Assembly: GCA_947643285.1 (NCBI GenBank) | Contig: CANRVK010000001.1 | Coordinates: 1 to 63,114 of the forward strand | Source of the DNA: an uncultured Eubacteriaceae bacterium | Lineage (GTDB): Bacteria; Bacillota; Clostridia; Lachnospirales; Lachnospiraceae | Direction: 5' to 3' | Length of the DNA: 63,114 nt | Shown: positions 8,401 through 18,114 of the stretch, piece by piece | How the letters are laid out: each line of letters begins with the position of its first letter | Numbering within the stretch: position 1 is the stretch's first letter | The notes under the pieces: generated by a model | What the model was told of the DNA's origin: nothing | Databases searched by the model: none | What the model saw: the letters and a program-made list of their open reading frames with translations, nothing else | Program-made: the position numbers and the translations under genes

Positions 8401-10932
8401 ATGAAAAATATTGTAAGTAAGATATGTATACTTATAAGTATTACCTTTAGTAGTGTATATTTACTGAAAATAATTGGAATGAAGGCAAGTTTGAATATAT
8501 ATCAGATAATTTTTATATTTTGCTATTTATTTCTTTTATTTATAGGGATGGTTTCTTTTATATGGAATAAAGGAATTGGAAAAAGTGATAAAAAGAGTAT
8601 ATTAATAGTTTCGATGATAAGTTTATTATTATGCTTTTTTAATAGAAATATAATAGTACCAAGAACATATGAAGATAAAATAATTGAAATTAGAGCAACT
8701 GGTGAGAAAAATGAATCGTCTGTTTCTTATGAAGTATGGATTAATTCAATAACAGCAAATGGAAATAAGATTGAATTTGAAGATATGAATGTGGAAGAAA
8801 GTTGGAAGCTTGTAGATGGATGTTTATTGTCTGATACAGAGAAACTAAGCAATTTATTAAAAATACAAGTAATTGAAATGGAAAATGTGAAAATTACTTT
8901 CGGAACACATGATTGGTCTGGAATAGTGGAAGTGAAATGTGGCGATCAAATAGAGAAAATTGATTTATATTCTATTAATAGTGGAAAAAAAGAAATAAAC
9001 ATAACGGGAAAATATAAGAACATAGGGATAGAATATATATGTTTGTTATTTGGAGGCTATTTAACTATTTTTCTATTTCTAGCATTTTTTCTATCTATAT
9101 TTGAATGGAAAAAAAAATATAAATGGAAAAATATAACGATTTGCGAAATACTTTTTGCAATTATGATAAATAATGGGCTGAAAGGTTTTTTTGCAGATAT
9201 AACGATTATTATAGAATTTATTTTAATAATTATAGTAAATTTTTTGTTTGAGGATATTAAAAGAAGAGATTTTATGCAACCTTATTTTACTATAAAAAGT
9301 AAAGCATTAATAGGACTATGTAATTTGTATGCAACTTTTGCTATTATTGGACATTTTCTTTTTATTAGTGGAGATAATGTAATAATTGATTTAGAGAGGA
9401 CTATTATATTTATTATAGGTTTTATCTTATTTTATCCTCAAATGGTAAGTCTTATTTACCTTTTAAAAATTATAAAAAATAAAGCAAGTATTTGTAGAAA
9501 AATAGAAGAAAGAAAATCATTAAAAAAAGTAAAAATTCGATGTTTTTTAGTAATGTTAATACCATTATTAATAATTTCGTTAGGTTATTTTCCAGGAAGT
9601 ATGACTTCAGATGGTGTGGATCAGTGGGCACAAGCAATAGGTGCTATACCAATTCAAAATGCACATCCAGCAATTCATACGTTATTTTTAAGAATATGTT
9701 CTAAAATAGCAGAAACACCATATACAGTTGTCATAGCACAAATAGTAATCTTTGTATTGATTTGGACATCTTTATTTGGATTTTTATATGAAAAAGGTAT
9801 GAGTTCAAAAGCGATATATATTGTAGCATTATTAATCGCTTGTATGCCAAATAATTATATGATGTTATGTTTGATTTCTAAAAATATATTATATGCATTA
9901 ATTATTTTATGGAATATGTATTTACTTATTAAATTAATAGATAATAGTAAAAATTTTTTTTGTTGGAAGCAAATAATAGAATTTAGTATTGCATTAGCAT
10001 TATTGAATACTGTAAGACATAATGGATTTTTAGGAACTTATGTTATTTGGTTTGTTTTAATTATGTGGGGAATATATAATAGGAAAATTTTAAAATATAA
10101 ACCTTTTTTAATAGTTGGACTTTCATGGTTGATTATTTTAGGAATAAATGAACCTCTATATCGTTATTTTGATGTACAAGGGATAGAAAAAAAAGCTTCT
10201 GTTTCTACCATTAAATCACCATTGTTAGCTCCAGCGGGAATGTTTATATTAGCAAATGAAGATATTCCTGATGAAGGCATGAAAATAGTTGAAAAGGTTG
10301 GTTCAATAGAAGAATGGAAAGAAAGCTATAATCCTTATAATGGAGATAAACTTGGTAGGGGAAATATAAGAAATAATATTTCAAAGTGTTCGCAAGAAGA
10401 GGCTTTTCAGTTATATTTTATTCTTTTAAAGAGTAATCCTTTATTAGTAATAAAAGATAGATTAAATGCTATAGATATTCTTTGGAATGTAATACAACCA
10501 ACAGATTCATATATTAGATATGGCGCATATAATTCAAGATATGTAGTAGGAATTTGGGCAACACCGATTTTTATTGATAAGATACCAAATATATTGAAGG
10601 AAGAAATAAGAAAAGAATATGGTGCTTATTTTAAAGAAAATAAATTAACAGTATTAGGGAATATAGGAATAAAGTTTTCTGGTAAGAATCAGTTATTAGA
10701 TGCTTTATTTTGGAGAAATGGAATTTATCTGATTTTAGGGATTTTATTAGTTTTCATAAATTATATTGATAAAAGAATGAAGTTTAATATAGTAATACTT
10801 CCCGCTGTTGCAACATTGTGTACGTTGGTGTTTGCGGCATCTTGGCAAATTTATCAATATTATTGGTTTTTTCCATTATCTATTATATTTTTTGGACTAT
10901 TTACTTTAAATATAAATAAGTGTAATAAATAA
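8401..10932 (+). CDS. Large polytopic membrane protein, candidate GT-C-type glycosyltransferase or polymerase (GacL-like role inferred)
   Basis: 843 aa with many hydrophobic spans. Two hydrophilic, probably extracytoplasmic, regions lie at about residues 85-205 and 590-760. The call rests on topology and on adjacency to the GT2 + small membrane protein + flippase genes, and no catalytic motif was verified. Confidence 0.4.
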   Translation: MKNIVSKICILISITFSSVYLLKIIGMKASLNIYQIIFIFCYLFLLFIGMVSFIWNKGIGKSDKKSILIVSMISLLLCFFNRNIIVPRTYEDKIIEIRATGEKNESSVSYEVWINSITANGNKIEFEDMNVEESWKLVDGCLLSDTEKLSNLLKIQVIEMENVKITFGTHDWSGIVEVKCGDQIEKIDLYSINSGKKEINITGKYKNIGIEYICLLFGGYLTIFLFLAFFLSIFEWKKKYKWKNITICEILFAIMINNGLKGFFADITIIIEFILIIIVNFLFEDIKRRDFMQPYFTIKSKALIGLCNLYATFAIIGHFLFISGDNVIIDLERTIIFIIGFILFYPQMVSLIYLLKIIKNKASICRKIEERKSLKKVKIRCFLVMLIPLLIISLGYFPGSMTSDGVDQWAQAIGAIPIQNAHPAIHTLFLRICSKIAETPYTVVIAQIVIFVLIWTSLFGFLYEKGMSSKAIYIVALLIACMPNNYMMLCLISKNILYALIILWNMYLLIKLIDNSKNFFCWKQIIEFSIALALLNTVRHNGFLGTYVIWFVLIMWGIYNRKILKYKPFLIVGLSWLIILGINEPLYRYFDVQGIEKKASVSTIKSPLLAPAGMFILANEDIPDEGMKIVEKVGSIEEWKESYNPYNGDKLGRGNIRNNISKCSQEEAFQLYFILLKSNPLLVIKDRLNAIDILWNVIQPTDSYIRYGAYNSRYVVGIWATPIFIDKIPNILKEEIRKEYGAYFKENKLTVLGNIGIKFSGKNQLLDALFWRNGIYLILGILLVFINYIDKRMKFNIVILPAVATLCTLVFAASWQIYQYYWFFPLSIIFFGLFTLNINKCNK

Positions 10933-11076
10933 TTTAATTGTAAAGCCTTCATCGTATGATTATATTATCATTAATGATTATTTAAAAGATAATACTATGA
11001 AAATTTGTATAGATTAACAGAGTAATTAGTATTTTAGAAAGAAATAAAAGAACAAAAGATTATAAGAGGAAGAACA

Positions 11077-11769
11077 ATGAGAGTGTTAATTGTGATACCA
11101 GCATATAATGAAGCAGAAAATATAGAAAGAGTAGTAGAAAATTTAAGATTAAATTATTCCCAATATGATTATATTATTGTGAATGATGGGTCAAAGGATG
11201 ATACGGCATGGATATGTAAAAGAAATGCTTATCCTCTATTGGATTTGCCTGTTAATTTAGGATTAGCAGGAGGGGTACAAGCCGGATTTCAATATGCTTA
11301 TGAAAATGGTTATGATGCCATGCTTCAGTTTGATGGAGATGGACAGCATCGACCAGAATATATCGAACAAATGGTAAAAGAAATGCAGAGCAAAAGGGCG
11401 GATATTGTGATAGGTTCACGCTTTGTAGATAAAAAAAAGGAGAAGTCTCTTCGTATGTTGGGAAGCAATATTATTCAAATAGCGATTCAAATCACAACAG
11501 GAAAATCTATCAAAGATCCTACTTCTGGTATGCGATTGTTTAATAGAAAGATGATGAAACAATTTGCTTACTTGATGAATTATGGACCAGAACCTGATAC
11601 TATATCTTATTTACTGCGCTGCGGATTTCAGATTCTAGAAATTCCTGTGGAAATGTTAGAGAGGACAGCAGGAGAAAGTTATCTAAATTTGAAATGTTCT
11701 ATTCTTTATATGATACGAATGTGTACTTCCATCATTTTTATTCAGCGTTTTAGAAAGAGGAGTGTGTAA
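11077..11769 (+). CDS. GT2 polyprenyl-phosphate sugar synthase-like glycosyltransferase (GacI/GtrB/DPM1-like, soluble short form)
   Basis: 230 aa. Motifs VLIVIPAYNEAENI, IIVNDGSKDDT and QFDGDGQHRPEYI are typical of the Dpm1/GtrB class. Confidence 0.7.
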   Translation: MRVLIVIPAYNEAENIERVVENLRLNYSQYDYIIVNDGSKDDTAWICKRNAYPLLDLPVNLGLAGGVQAGFQYAYENGYDAMLQFDGDGQHRPEYIEQMVKEMQSKRADIVIGSRFVDKKKEKSLRMLGSNIIQIAIQITTGKSIKDPTSGMRLFNRKMMKQFAYLMNYGPEPDTISYLLRCGFQILEIPVEMLERTAGESYLNLKCSILYMIRMCTSIIFIQRFRKRSV

Positions 11770-11771
11770 AA

Positions 11772-12155
11772 ATGTCACCAGTACTAAAGATATCGTTAAT
11801 TATCGTATGTATCATGACATGTTATTATACGTTGAGAAAGATAAGGAAATCTCAAATGCAAATAGAAGATTCTCTATTTTGGATATTAATTTCTATTGTA
11901 TTAGTCATAATTAGTATTTTTCCGCAGATAGCAGATTTTATGGCAAAATTTTTAGGGATAGGAGCGACCGTAAATTTTGTATTTTTAGCGATGATATTTA
12001 TTTTATTGATAAAAGTATTTATGTTATCACTAAAAGTTTCCCAATTGGAGGAAAGAATAAAGAATCTAGTGCAAAGGATTGCGATTAAAGAGTATGAAAA
12101 AGAAGAAATTTTAAAAGAATTGCAGCAAAAAGAAAAGGAAACAGTTCATTCTTAA
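11772..12155 (+). CDS. Small membrane protein, DUF2304/GacJ-like partner of the preceding GT2
   Basis: 127 aa with three hydrophobic segments followed by an amphipathic or coiled C-terminus (LKVSQLEERIKNLVQRIAIKE). The start lies 3 nt after the GT2 stop. The family assignment comes from my recollection of DUF2304 architecture. Confidence 0.5.
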   Translation: MSPVLKISLIIVCIMTCYYTLRKIRKSQMQIEDSLFWILISIVLVIISIFPQIADFMAKFLGIGATVNFVFLAMIFILLIKVFMLSLKVSQLEERIKNLVQRIAIKEYEKEEILKELQQKEKETVHS

Positions 12156-12182
12156 CAAAAATTAGAAAAGAAAGAGAACATA

Positions 12183-13148
12183 ATGGAAACAAATAAATTA
12201 GTATCTTTTTTAATATTAACATATAAAAATTTTGATGGAATTTATGAAACACTTCGTAGTTTATTTGAACAAGATTATCCTCAGATTGAATTAATTATTT
12301 CCGATGATGGATCTCCTAATTATGAAGAAGAATTACCAAAACTTAGGGAATATATTGAAATACATAAAAAGGATAATATTATTCATGTCGTATATAATCA
12401 TATATCTCCGAATAAAGGTACGGTTCATAATATCAATCAAGCTATTAAAATGGCGAAAGGCAGCTATATTAAAAATTTAGGGGCAGATGATGTATTGACT
12501 TGTAAAAATGCATTAACGAAATATGTAAAATTTTTGGAAAATCATTCTGTTGATATTTGCTTTGCCAAAATGAGGGGAATTACGACAGAAGGGAAGATAG
12601 TCAATAAATTAGCATCTTGTGAAGATAACTATAAATTGCTTAGAAGTTTAACGCCAGAGCAAACTAGAAATAAACTTTTTGCAAGAAATTTTCTTCCAGC
12701 ACCTGCATGGTGTGCGAAAAAAGGACTTTTTGAGAAATATGGATATTATCCAGAAGAAATACGGGTAATTGAAGATTATCCCTATTGGATACATCTTTGT
12801 TCGGAAAATGTACAATTTGGTTATTTAGATGATATTTTGATTGATTATAAGTTATCAGGAATATCGAGTACAGGTAAATATAGCATGATGTTTATGAAAG
12901 ATATGTATAAAATTTATGAGAAGTATATTTTTCCCTTTGATAGGAGATTTGGCAGAGTTCAGTTTTTATATAACAAGTTAAAGAAGATGGGATTAGATGC
13001 TTATTATGTAAAAGCAGAATGGGAAAATTATAATATCATTCAAAAACTAAAGGCATCTATAAAGTATGGAATATTTTTTATCTATATTTGGTGGGGAAAC
13101 TATAAATATAAAAAGATAAACGAATGGAGTAAGAAGAGATATCCATGA
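12183..13148 (+). CDS. Glycosyltransferase family 2
   Basis: VSFLILTYKNFDGIYETLRSLFEQDYPQIELIISDDGSP and a GADD motif are present. 321 aa. Confidence 0.75.
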   Translation: METNKLVSFLILTYKNFDGIYETLRSLFEQDYPQIELIISDDGSPNYEEELPKLREYIEIHKKDNIIHVVYNHISPNKGTVHNINQAIKMAKGSYIKNLGADDVLTCKNALTKYVKFLENHSVDICFAKMRGITTEGKIVNKLASCEDNYKLLRSLTPEQTRNKLFARNFLPAPAWCAKKGLFEKYGYYPEEIRVIEDYPYWIHLCSENVQFGYLDDILIDYKLSGISSTGKYSMMFMKDMYKIYEKYIFPFDRRFGRVQFLYNKLKKMGLDAYYVKAEWENYNIIQKLKASIKYGIFFIYIWWGNYKYKKINEWSKKRYP

Positions 13149-13287
13149 TAAAATATGCTTTTCATCAATATGAAGATGAACGTTGGTAGATCATTATTTT
13201 GTAAGAATTCAGACAGAAAAGATGAAAGATTTAGTACAAAATAATGCAGTACGAGAGAAAAAGTTAAGGGAATTAGAAGAAAAATAA

Positions 13288-14568
13288 ATGGATAGTGATA
13301 TTAAGATGATCAAATATGATGAAAAAATAATGAAAAAGATTATTTTGCAAGATGAAAAAAAAATAGAAAAACAAAGTGTTTTTTGGAATATGTTATTTAG
13401 TATTTTAACTTCCTTACAGTCAGCACTTATTTTATTAATTGTAACCAGAATAAATGGTACAGAAGAAGCAGGAGTTTTATCCATTGCATATGCAACTTCT
13501 TATTTAATGTACGCAATAGGTACTTATGGAGTAAGAAACTTTCAAGCGACAGATTCTAAAAAAATTTATTCTTATGATGATTACAGGAATATGAGAATGG
13601 TATCTTGTGGTTTTATGATAATAAGTAGTTTATTGTATTGTAGTTATAAAAAATATGATGGTGATAAAGCAGAAATCGTTTTAATGGTTTGTTTTTTAAA
13701 ACTATTAGAAGCAATAGAAAATTTATATCATGGAGAATTTCAAAGAGTAGGACGTTTAGATATTGCAGGATTTTTAGGAGTTATTCGGCTTTCGGCAAGT
13801 TATATTATGTTGATTGTGATATTATTCCTAACGAAAAATTTATTTATGGCACTATGCTCTGTCACAATTTTATCTTTTATCATACTTATTTTTACAAAAA
13901 TTCTATTTGGTATCTTATTTATAAGAGATAAGGGAAAAAGTAAAGGAAGAAAAGTAATGGAGCTTTTGAAGGTTTGCTTTCCATTATTTTTAACCTCATT
14001 TTTTAGTATTTATATAACAAATGCTCCTAAATACGCGATTGATGCTTGCTTATTGGAAACAGAACAAGCCTATTATGCGATTATTTCCATGCCAGTTTTT
14101 ACAATTAATTTATTAAGTGGAATTTTATACCAACCTAAATTAGTATATATGGCAAAATTGTGGAATGAGGATAAAAGAAAAATGTTTAAAAAAGTGCTCC
14201 GAAAACAGACACAAAGTATTGTCATGATAGGAATATTAATTTTGTTTTTTGGTCTTACCATAGGAATAAAATTATTGGAAATATTATATGGTGTTTCACT
14301 TTCTAATTTAAGAGTAGAATTTGCTATCTTATTGATAGGAGGAGGGATGGTGGCAATTTACAATTTTTTAACTGCATGTATTACGATAATAAGAAGACAG
14401 AAGTTTTTAATTTGGTTATCTATAATTATGATGTTATTATCCTATAGAATTTCTAACCCTATGGTTGAAAATGGGGGATTAATGGGAGCGTCATGTCTGT
14501 ATTTAAACTTAATGGTTTCAGAAATGGTAGCTGTTTTTATTGGACTTTGGATATATTTAAAGAAGTGA
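13288..14568 (+). CDS. MOP-superfamily oligosaccharide/lipid-linked sugar flippase (Wzx/GacK-like)
   Basis: 426 aa with about 12 hydrophobic spans. The size and topology fit polysaccharide-biosynthesis flippases. The exact start is uncertain (several in-frame ATGs and an A9 run at 13355-13363). Confidence 0.6.
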   Translation: MDSDIKMIKYDEKIMKKIILQDEKKIEKQSVFWNMLFSILTSLQSALILLIVTRINGTEEAGVLSIAYATSYLMYAIGTYGVRNFQATDSKKIYSYDDYRNMRMVSCGFMIISSLLYCSYKKYDGDKAEIVLMVCFLKLLEAIENLYHGEFQRVGRLDIAGFLGVIRLSASYIMLIVILFLTKNLFMALCSVTILSFIILIFTKILFGILFIRDKGKSKGRKVMELLKVCFPLFLTSFFSIYITNAPKYAIDACLLETEQAYYAIISMPVFTINLLSGILYQPKLVYMAKLWNEDKRKMFKKVLRKQTQSIVMIGILILFFGLTIGIKLLEILYGVSLSNLRVEFAILLIGGGMVAIYNFLTACITIIRRQKFLIWLSIIMMLLSYRISNPMVENGGLMGASCLYLNLMVSEMVAVFIGLWIYLKK

Positions 14569-14571
14569 GGT

Positions 14572-15675
14572 ATGAAAGTGAAAAAAATATTTATATGTGA
14601 ATATCCTTATGTTTTATATAAAGTTTTAATGAAAGCATCCTTAAATAAAGAGGATATTTATGATGTTGTAATTACGAATCGTTTAGAAAAAATGGTGGAT
14701 ATAATAGAAAAAATGAAAGAAAGTAAATTGTTTAGGAACGTATATTATTTTGATATAAAAAAATTAAATTTAAAATATTATATGGCATTGCATAAACGTA
14801 ATAAGAATGTAATAAAGGAAAGAATATATCAATTAAAAATATGGAAGTATTTTTATGATATTTCCTGTAAACAGAAATTAAAAGATATAAAAATAGAAAT
14901 AGATTTTTCTCAATATGATGAGATATATTGTACCGATGGTGCATTTGTAATAGCGAATTATTTGACGGTTAATAAAATACCCCATTTTATGATAGAACAT
15001 GCAAAAGATGTCTATATAAAGGCGAATTATTCTGCTTTGAGCAGTTTATTTCACTATGGTGAAATAATTTTAGACAAGTATCATATCACAACCGGAATTG
15101 AGATTGCTTCTCAATATTGTTTAGGCATGGAAGTAAATTCCGATAGAGGAAAAGATCAACTTCCATTTTTAAAAAAGCGTAAATTATTATTTTGGAATGT
15201 AGAAAAGCATCTGAAACAATTATCGGAGAAACAAAGGGAAACAATCTTAGATATTTACATGAAAAGTTATATAGGAAATTTTGATTATGATAAAGAGTAT
15301 AATATTTTATTAACAAATCCTTTATACATAGAAGGAGATTTAGAGAGCGAAGAAGATCAAATAAAAGTATATCAAGAAATTATAAAAATATATCAATTAA
15401 ATCAGGAGTGTAAATTATTGATAAAATCTCATCCTAGAGATAAGACAGACTATCACGGGAAACTAGAAGGAATTTTAATAGATAGTATGATCTCTTCTGA
15501 AATACTTTGTATTTCTAAAAAATTAAAGTTAAATAAAGTGGTTACACTATATTCTTCTTCAGCAGAAACTTTCATTGGAAATGTAAAAGAAGTTATAAAA
15601 ATAGCCAATGATAGAAAAGAAGGAACACTATATTGTAAAGAAATTTTAAAAAATAGAAATGTAATTAAAAATTAG
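14572..15675 (+). CDS. Hypothetical glycosyltransferase, sialyltransferase-like (GT52-like) by weak motif resemblance
   Basis: 367 aa. The N-terminus KKIFICEYPYVLYKVLMKA, the stretch LLTNPLYIEGDLESEED, and then LLIKSHPRDK resemble the D/E-D/E-G and HP motifs described for bacterial sialyltransferases. The cluster also encodes a CMP-sugar synthetase. This is from recollection only and was not searched. Confidence 0.3.
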   Translation: MKVKKIFICEYPYVLYKVLMKASLNKEDIYDVVITNRLEKMVDIIEKMKESKLFRNVYYFDIKKLNLKYYMALHKRNKNVIKERIYQLKIWKYFYDISCKQKLKDIKIEIDFSQYDEIYCTDGAFVIANYLTVNKIPHFMIEHAKDVYIKANYSALSSLFHYGEIILDKYHITTGIEIASQYCLGMEVNSDRGKDQLPFLKKRKLLFWNVEKHLKQLSEKQRETILDIYMKSYIGNFDYDKEYNILLTNPLYIEGDLESEEDQIKVYQEIIKIYQLNQECKLLIKSHPRDKTDYHGKLEGILIDSMISSEILCISKKLKLNKVVTLYSSSAETFIGNVKEVIKIANDRKEGTLYCKEILKNRNVIKN

Positions 15676-15684
15676 GAGGAAATT

Positions 15685-16539
15685 ATGAAGAAAACACTTA
15701 TTTTTGGAACAGGAAGTACTGGACAGAAAATTTATCATGAGATAAAAGAGTTTAAAAAGGTGGTAGGATTTTTGGATAATGATAAATCACGATGGGGGGG
15801 GGGAAAAATAAAATTAGATGGAATTCCTGTACTTGGTAATGCAGAAGTGCTGAATTCCATAGAATATGATGAAATTATTATTGGTTCTTTAACAGGATTA
15901 AATACTATTCGGAAACAATTGTTAGAAGCTGGGGTGGAAGAAGGAAAAATAAAAACAAATTATATTGAAACACAGGTGAATGCAAGGATTAATTTTTTAC
16001 GTGATTTTGCAAAGATAAATAAGGAAATTGCAAAAAAATACGCGGTTGCAGAAGGTGGAGTTTTTCAAGGTGATTTTGCGAAAGAAATTAATTTTTGTTT
16101 TCCAGATTCTGACTTGTACTTATTTGATACCTTTGAGGGATTTGATAAAAGAGATATTGATATTGAAAAAAAGAATGGATATTCTAACGAAGAGGAAGGT
16201 CATTTAAGTATAACAAGTGAAGAAATTGTTCTTAGTAAACTACCATTTAAGGAAAAAGCAGTAATTAGAAAAGGATATTTTCCAGAAACAGTAAAAGGAT
16301 TAGAAAATATGAAATACTTTTTTGTTAATTTAGATTTTGATTTATATCATCCTATTTTAGAAGGGCTAAGATATTTTATGCCAAGATTAGTTTGTGGAGG
16401 AGTAGTATTAATTCATGACTATTTTAATCCTGGGTATTTGGGAGTGGAGAAAGCAGTGGAAGATTACGAGAAAGAAAATAATATAATCTTACATAAGTTT
16501 CCGATAGGAGACCATTGTAGTTTAGGAATTATGAAATAA
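15685..16539 (+). CDS. TylF/macrocin-O-methyltransferase-family sugar O-methyltransferase with an N-terminal Rossmann-like domain
   Basis: YLFDTFEGF...FVNLDFDLYHPILEGLRYFMPRLVCGGVVLIHDY is the TylF-type pattern. The N-terminus is KTLIFGTGSTGQKIY. The gene contains the G10 tract. Confidence 0.65.
   Translation: MKKTLIFGTGSTGQKIYHEIKEFKKVVGFLDNDKSRWGGGKIKLDGIPVLGNAEVLNSIEYDEIIIGSLTGLNTIRKQLLEAGVEEGKIKTNYIETQVNARINFLRDFAKINKEIAKKYAVAEGGVFQGDFAKEINFCFPDSDLYLFDTFEGFDKRDIDIEKKNGYSNEEEGHLSITSEEIVLSKLPFKEKAVIRKGYFPETVKGLENMKYFFVNLDFDLYHPILEGLRYFMPRLVCGGVVLIHDYFNPGYLGVEKAVEDYEKENNIILHKFPIGDHCSLGIMK
15794..15803 (+). repeat. Homopolymeric G10 tract inside the methyltransferase CDS (candidate slipped-strand phase-variation site)
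   Basis: cgaTGGGGGGGGGGAaaa encodes W-G-G-G and is currently in frame. It is the only G or C run of this length that I found in this AT-rich window. Confidence 0.8.
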
Positions 16540-16573
16540 GTGTGTTTAAGCGATTTAGTTAGGAGGCTCTGGT

Positions 16574-16981
16574 ATGCAGATATTAAAGTATATGTTTCAA
16601 CAGCATGGAGATGAAAGAGGGCAACTGGTAGCGTTGGAGGAATTTAAGGATATTCCATTTCAAATAAAACGTGTTTATTACATGTATGATACCGGAGAAG
16701 GAGTTCACCGTGGTTTTCATGCACATAAATGTTTAGAACAGATTTTAATCTGTATCCATGGTTCTTGTAAAGTTCTTCTTGATAACGGAATAGAAAAAAA
16801 AATTGTTTCTTTAGAAAAGCCATATGAAGGATTATATATTGCAAATCATATGTGGAGAGAAATGTATGATTTCTCTTCAGATGCGGTTTTGATGGTATTA
16901 GCTTCCGAATATTATGATGAGTCAGATTATATTCGTGATTATGAGCAATTTATGGAAATGATAAAAGGAGAAAAATTATGA
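16574..16981 (+). CDS. dTDP-4-keto-6-deoxyhexose 3,4-ketoisomerase (FdtA/QdtA/WxcM-like cupin)
   Basis: 135 aa. The pattern [12 protein letters not shown]...[11 protein letters not shown]...HRGFHAHK is present. The stop overlaps the next start (ATGA). Confidence 0.7.
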   Translation: MQILKYMFQQHGDERGQLVALEEFKDIPFQIKRVYYMYDTGEGVHRGFHAHKCLEQILICIHGSCKVLLDNGIEKKIVSLEKPYEGLYIANHMWREMYDFSSDAVLMVLASEYYDESDYIRDYEQFMEMIKGEKL

Positions 16982-18081
16982 AGATACCTTTTGTTTCATT
17001 TGAAAAGATGCATACAGAATTGCAGGAACAAATAGAAAAAAAGTTTTTAGAGATTTATAGAAATAATCATTTTATTATGGGAAGAGAGTTGGAAAAATTT
17101 GAGCAAGAATTTGCAGAATTTTGTGGGGTAAAATATGGAGTTGGATGCGGTACAGGATTAGATGCATTATATTTAATTTTACGTGCTATGGGAATTGGAA
17201 AAGGAGATGAGGTGATTATTCCATCCAATACTTTTATTGCAACTGCTTTGGCGGTTTCTTATACAGGAGCTATTCCGATTTTAGTAGAGCCATATGAAGA
17301 TACTTATACCATAAATCCCAATTTAATAGAAGAGAAAATTACAAAAAAAACAAAAGCTATTATTGCCGTACATTTATATGGAAGAATCGCAGATATGGAT
17401 AAGATTTGTTCTATTGCACAAAAATATGGATTAAAAGTAATCGAAGATGCAGCACAAGCACATGGAGCAAGTTATAAAGGAAAAAGAGCAGGTTCTTTTG
17501 GTGACGCAGCCGGATTTAGTTTTTATCCTGGTAAGAATTTAGGGGCATTAGGAGATGCGGGGATGGTAGTGACAAATGATATCGAACTAGCAAAAAAGGT
17601 GAGAATGTTAGGAAATTATGGATCGGAGAAAAAATATATTCATTTATATCAAGGAACAAATTCCAGATTAGATGAATTACAAGCAGCTTTTTTACGTATT
17701 AAATTACAAGAATTAGAGAAATGGAATCAAGAGAGAAATCGGATTGCAGAGAAATATTTGTCCTCCATACATAATTCATGGATAAAACTTCCCGTAAAAG
17801 GAGATAAAGAATGTTATTGTATTTGGCATGTGTTTGTACTCTATTGTGAAAAGCGGGATGATTTAAAAGAGTATCTAAATAATTATGGAATCGAAACGAA
17901 TATACACTATCCCATTCCCATACATTTGCAAAAAGCATATGAAAGTTTAGATTTTGTAAAAGGAGATTTTCCTTTAACCGAAAAACTTGCCAAGGGGGTA
18001 ATTAGCATACCTATGTATTATGGTTTGAAGGAAGAAGAGATTGAATATATTATAAACGTAATCAATAGTTATAAAAAATAA
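16978..18081 (+). CDS. DegT/DnrJ/EryC1/StrS-family PLP-dependent sugar aminotransferase (FdtB/QdtB-like)
   Basis: 367 aa with DAAQAHGA...[16 protein letters not shown]. It is translationally coupled to the isomerase. Confidence 0.8.
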   Translation: MKIPFVSFEKMHTELQEQIEKKFLEIYRNNHFIMGRELEKFEQEFAEFCGVKYGVGCGTGLDALYLILRAMGIGKGDEVIIPSNTFIATALAVSYTGAIPILVEPYEDTYTINPNLIEEKITKKTKAIIAVHLYGRIADMDKICSIAQKYGLKVIEDAAQAHGASYKGKRAGSFGDAAGFSFYPGKNLGALGDAGMVVTNDIELAKKVRMLGNYGSEKKYIHLYQGTNSRLDELQAAFLRIKLQELEKWNQERNRIAEKYLSSIHNSWIKLPVKGDKECYCIWHVFVLYCEKRDDLKEYLNNYGIETNIHYPIPIHLQKAYESLDFVKGDFPLTEKLAKGVISIPMYYGLKEEEIEYIINVINSYKK

Positions 18082-18114
18082 AAAAGAAAGAAGATTTAGG
18101 TATAAAAGAAATCA

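Noticed and set aside
13198-13290. 21-codon ORF (MKDLVQNNAVREKKLRELEEK) ending in TAAATG at the flippase start.
   Set aside because: It is too short, has no clear RBS, and I have no conservation evidence.
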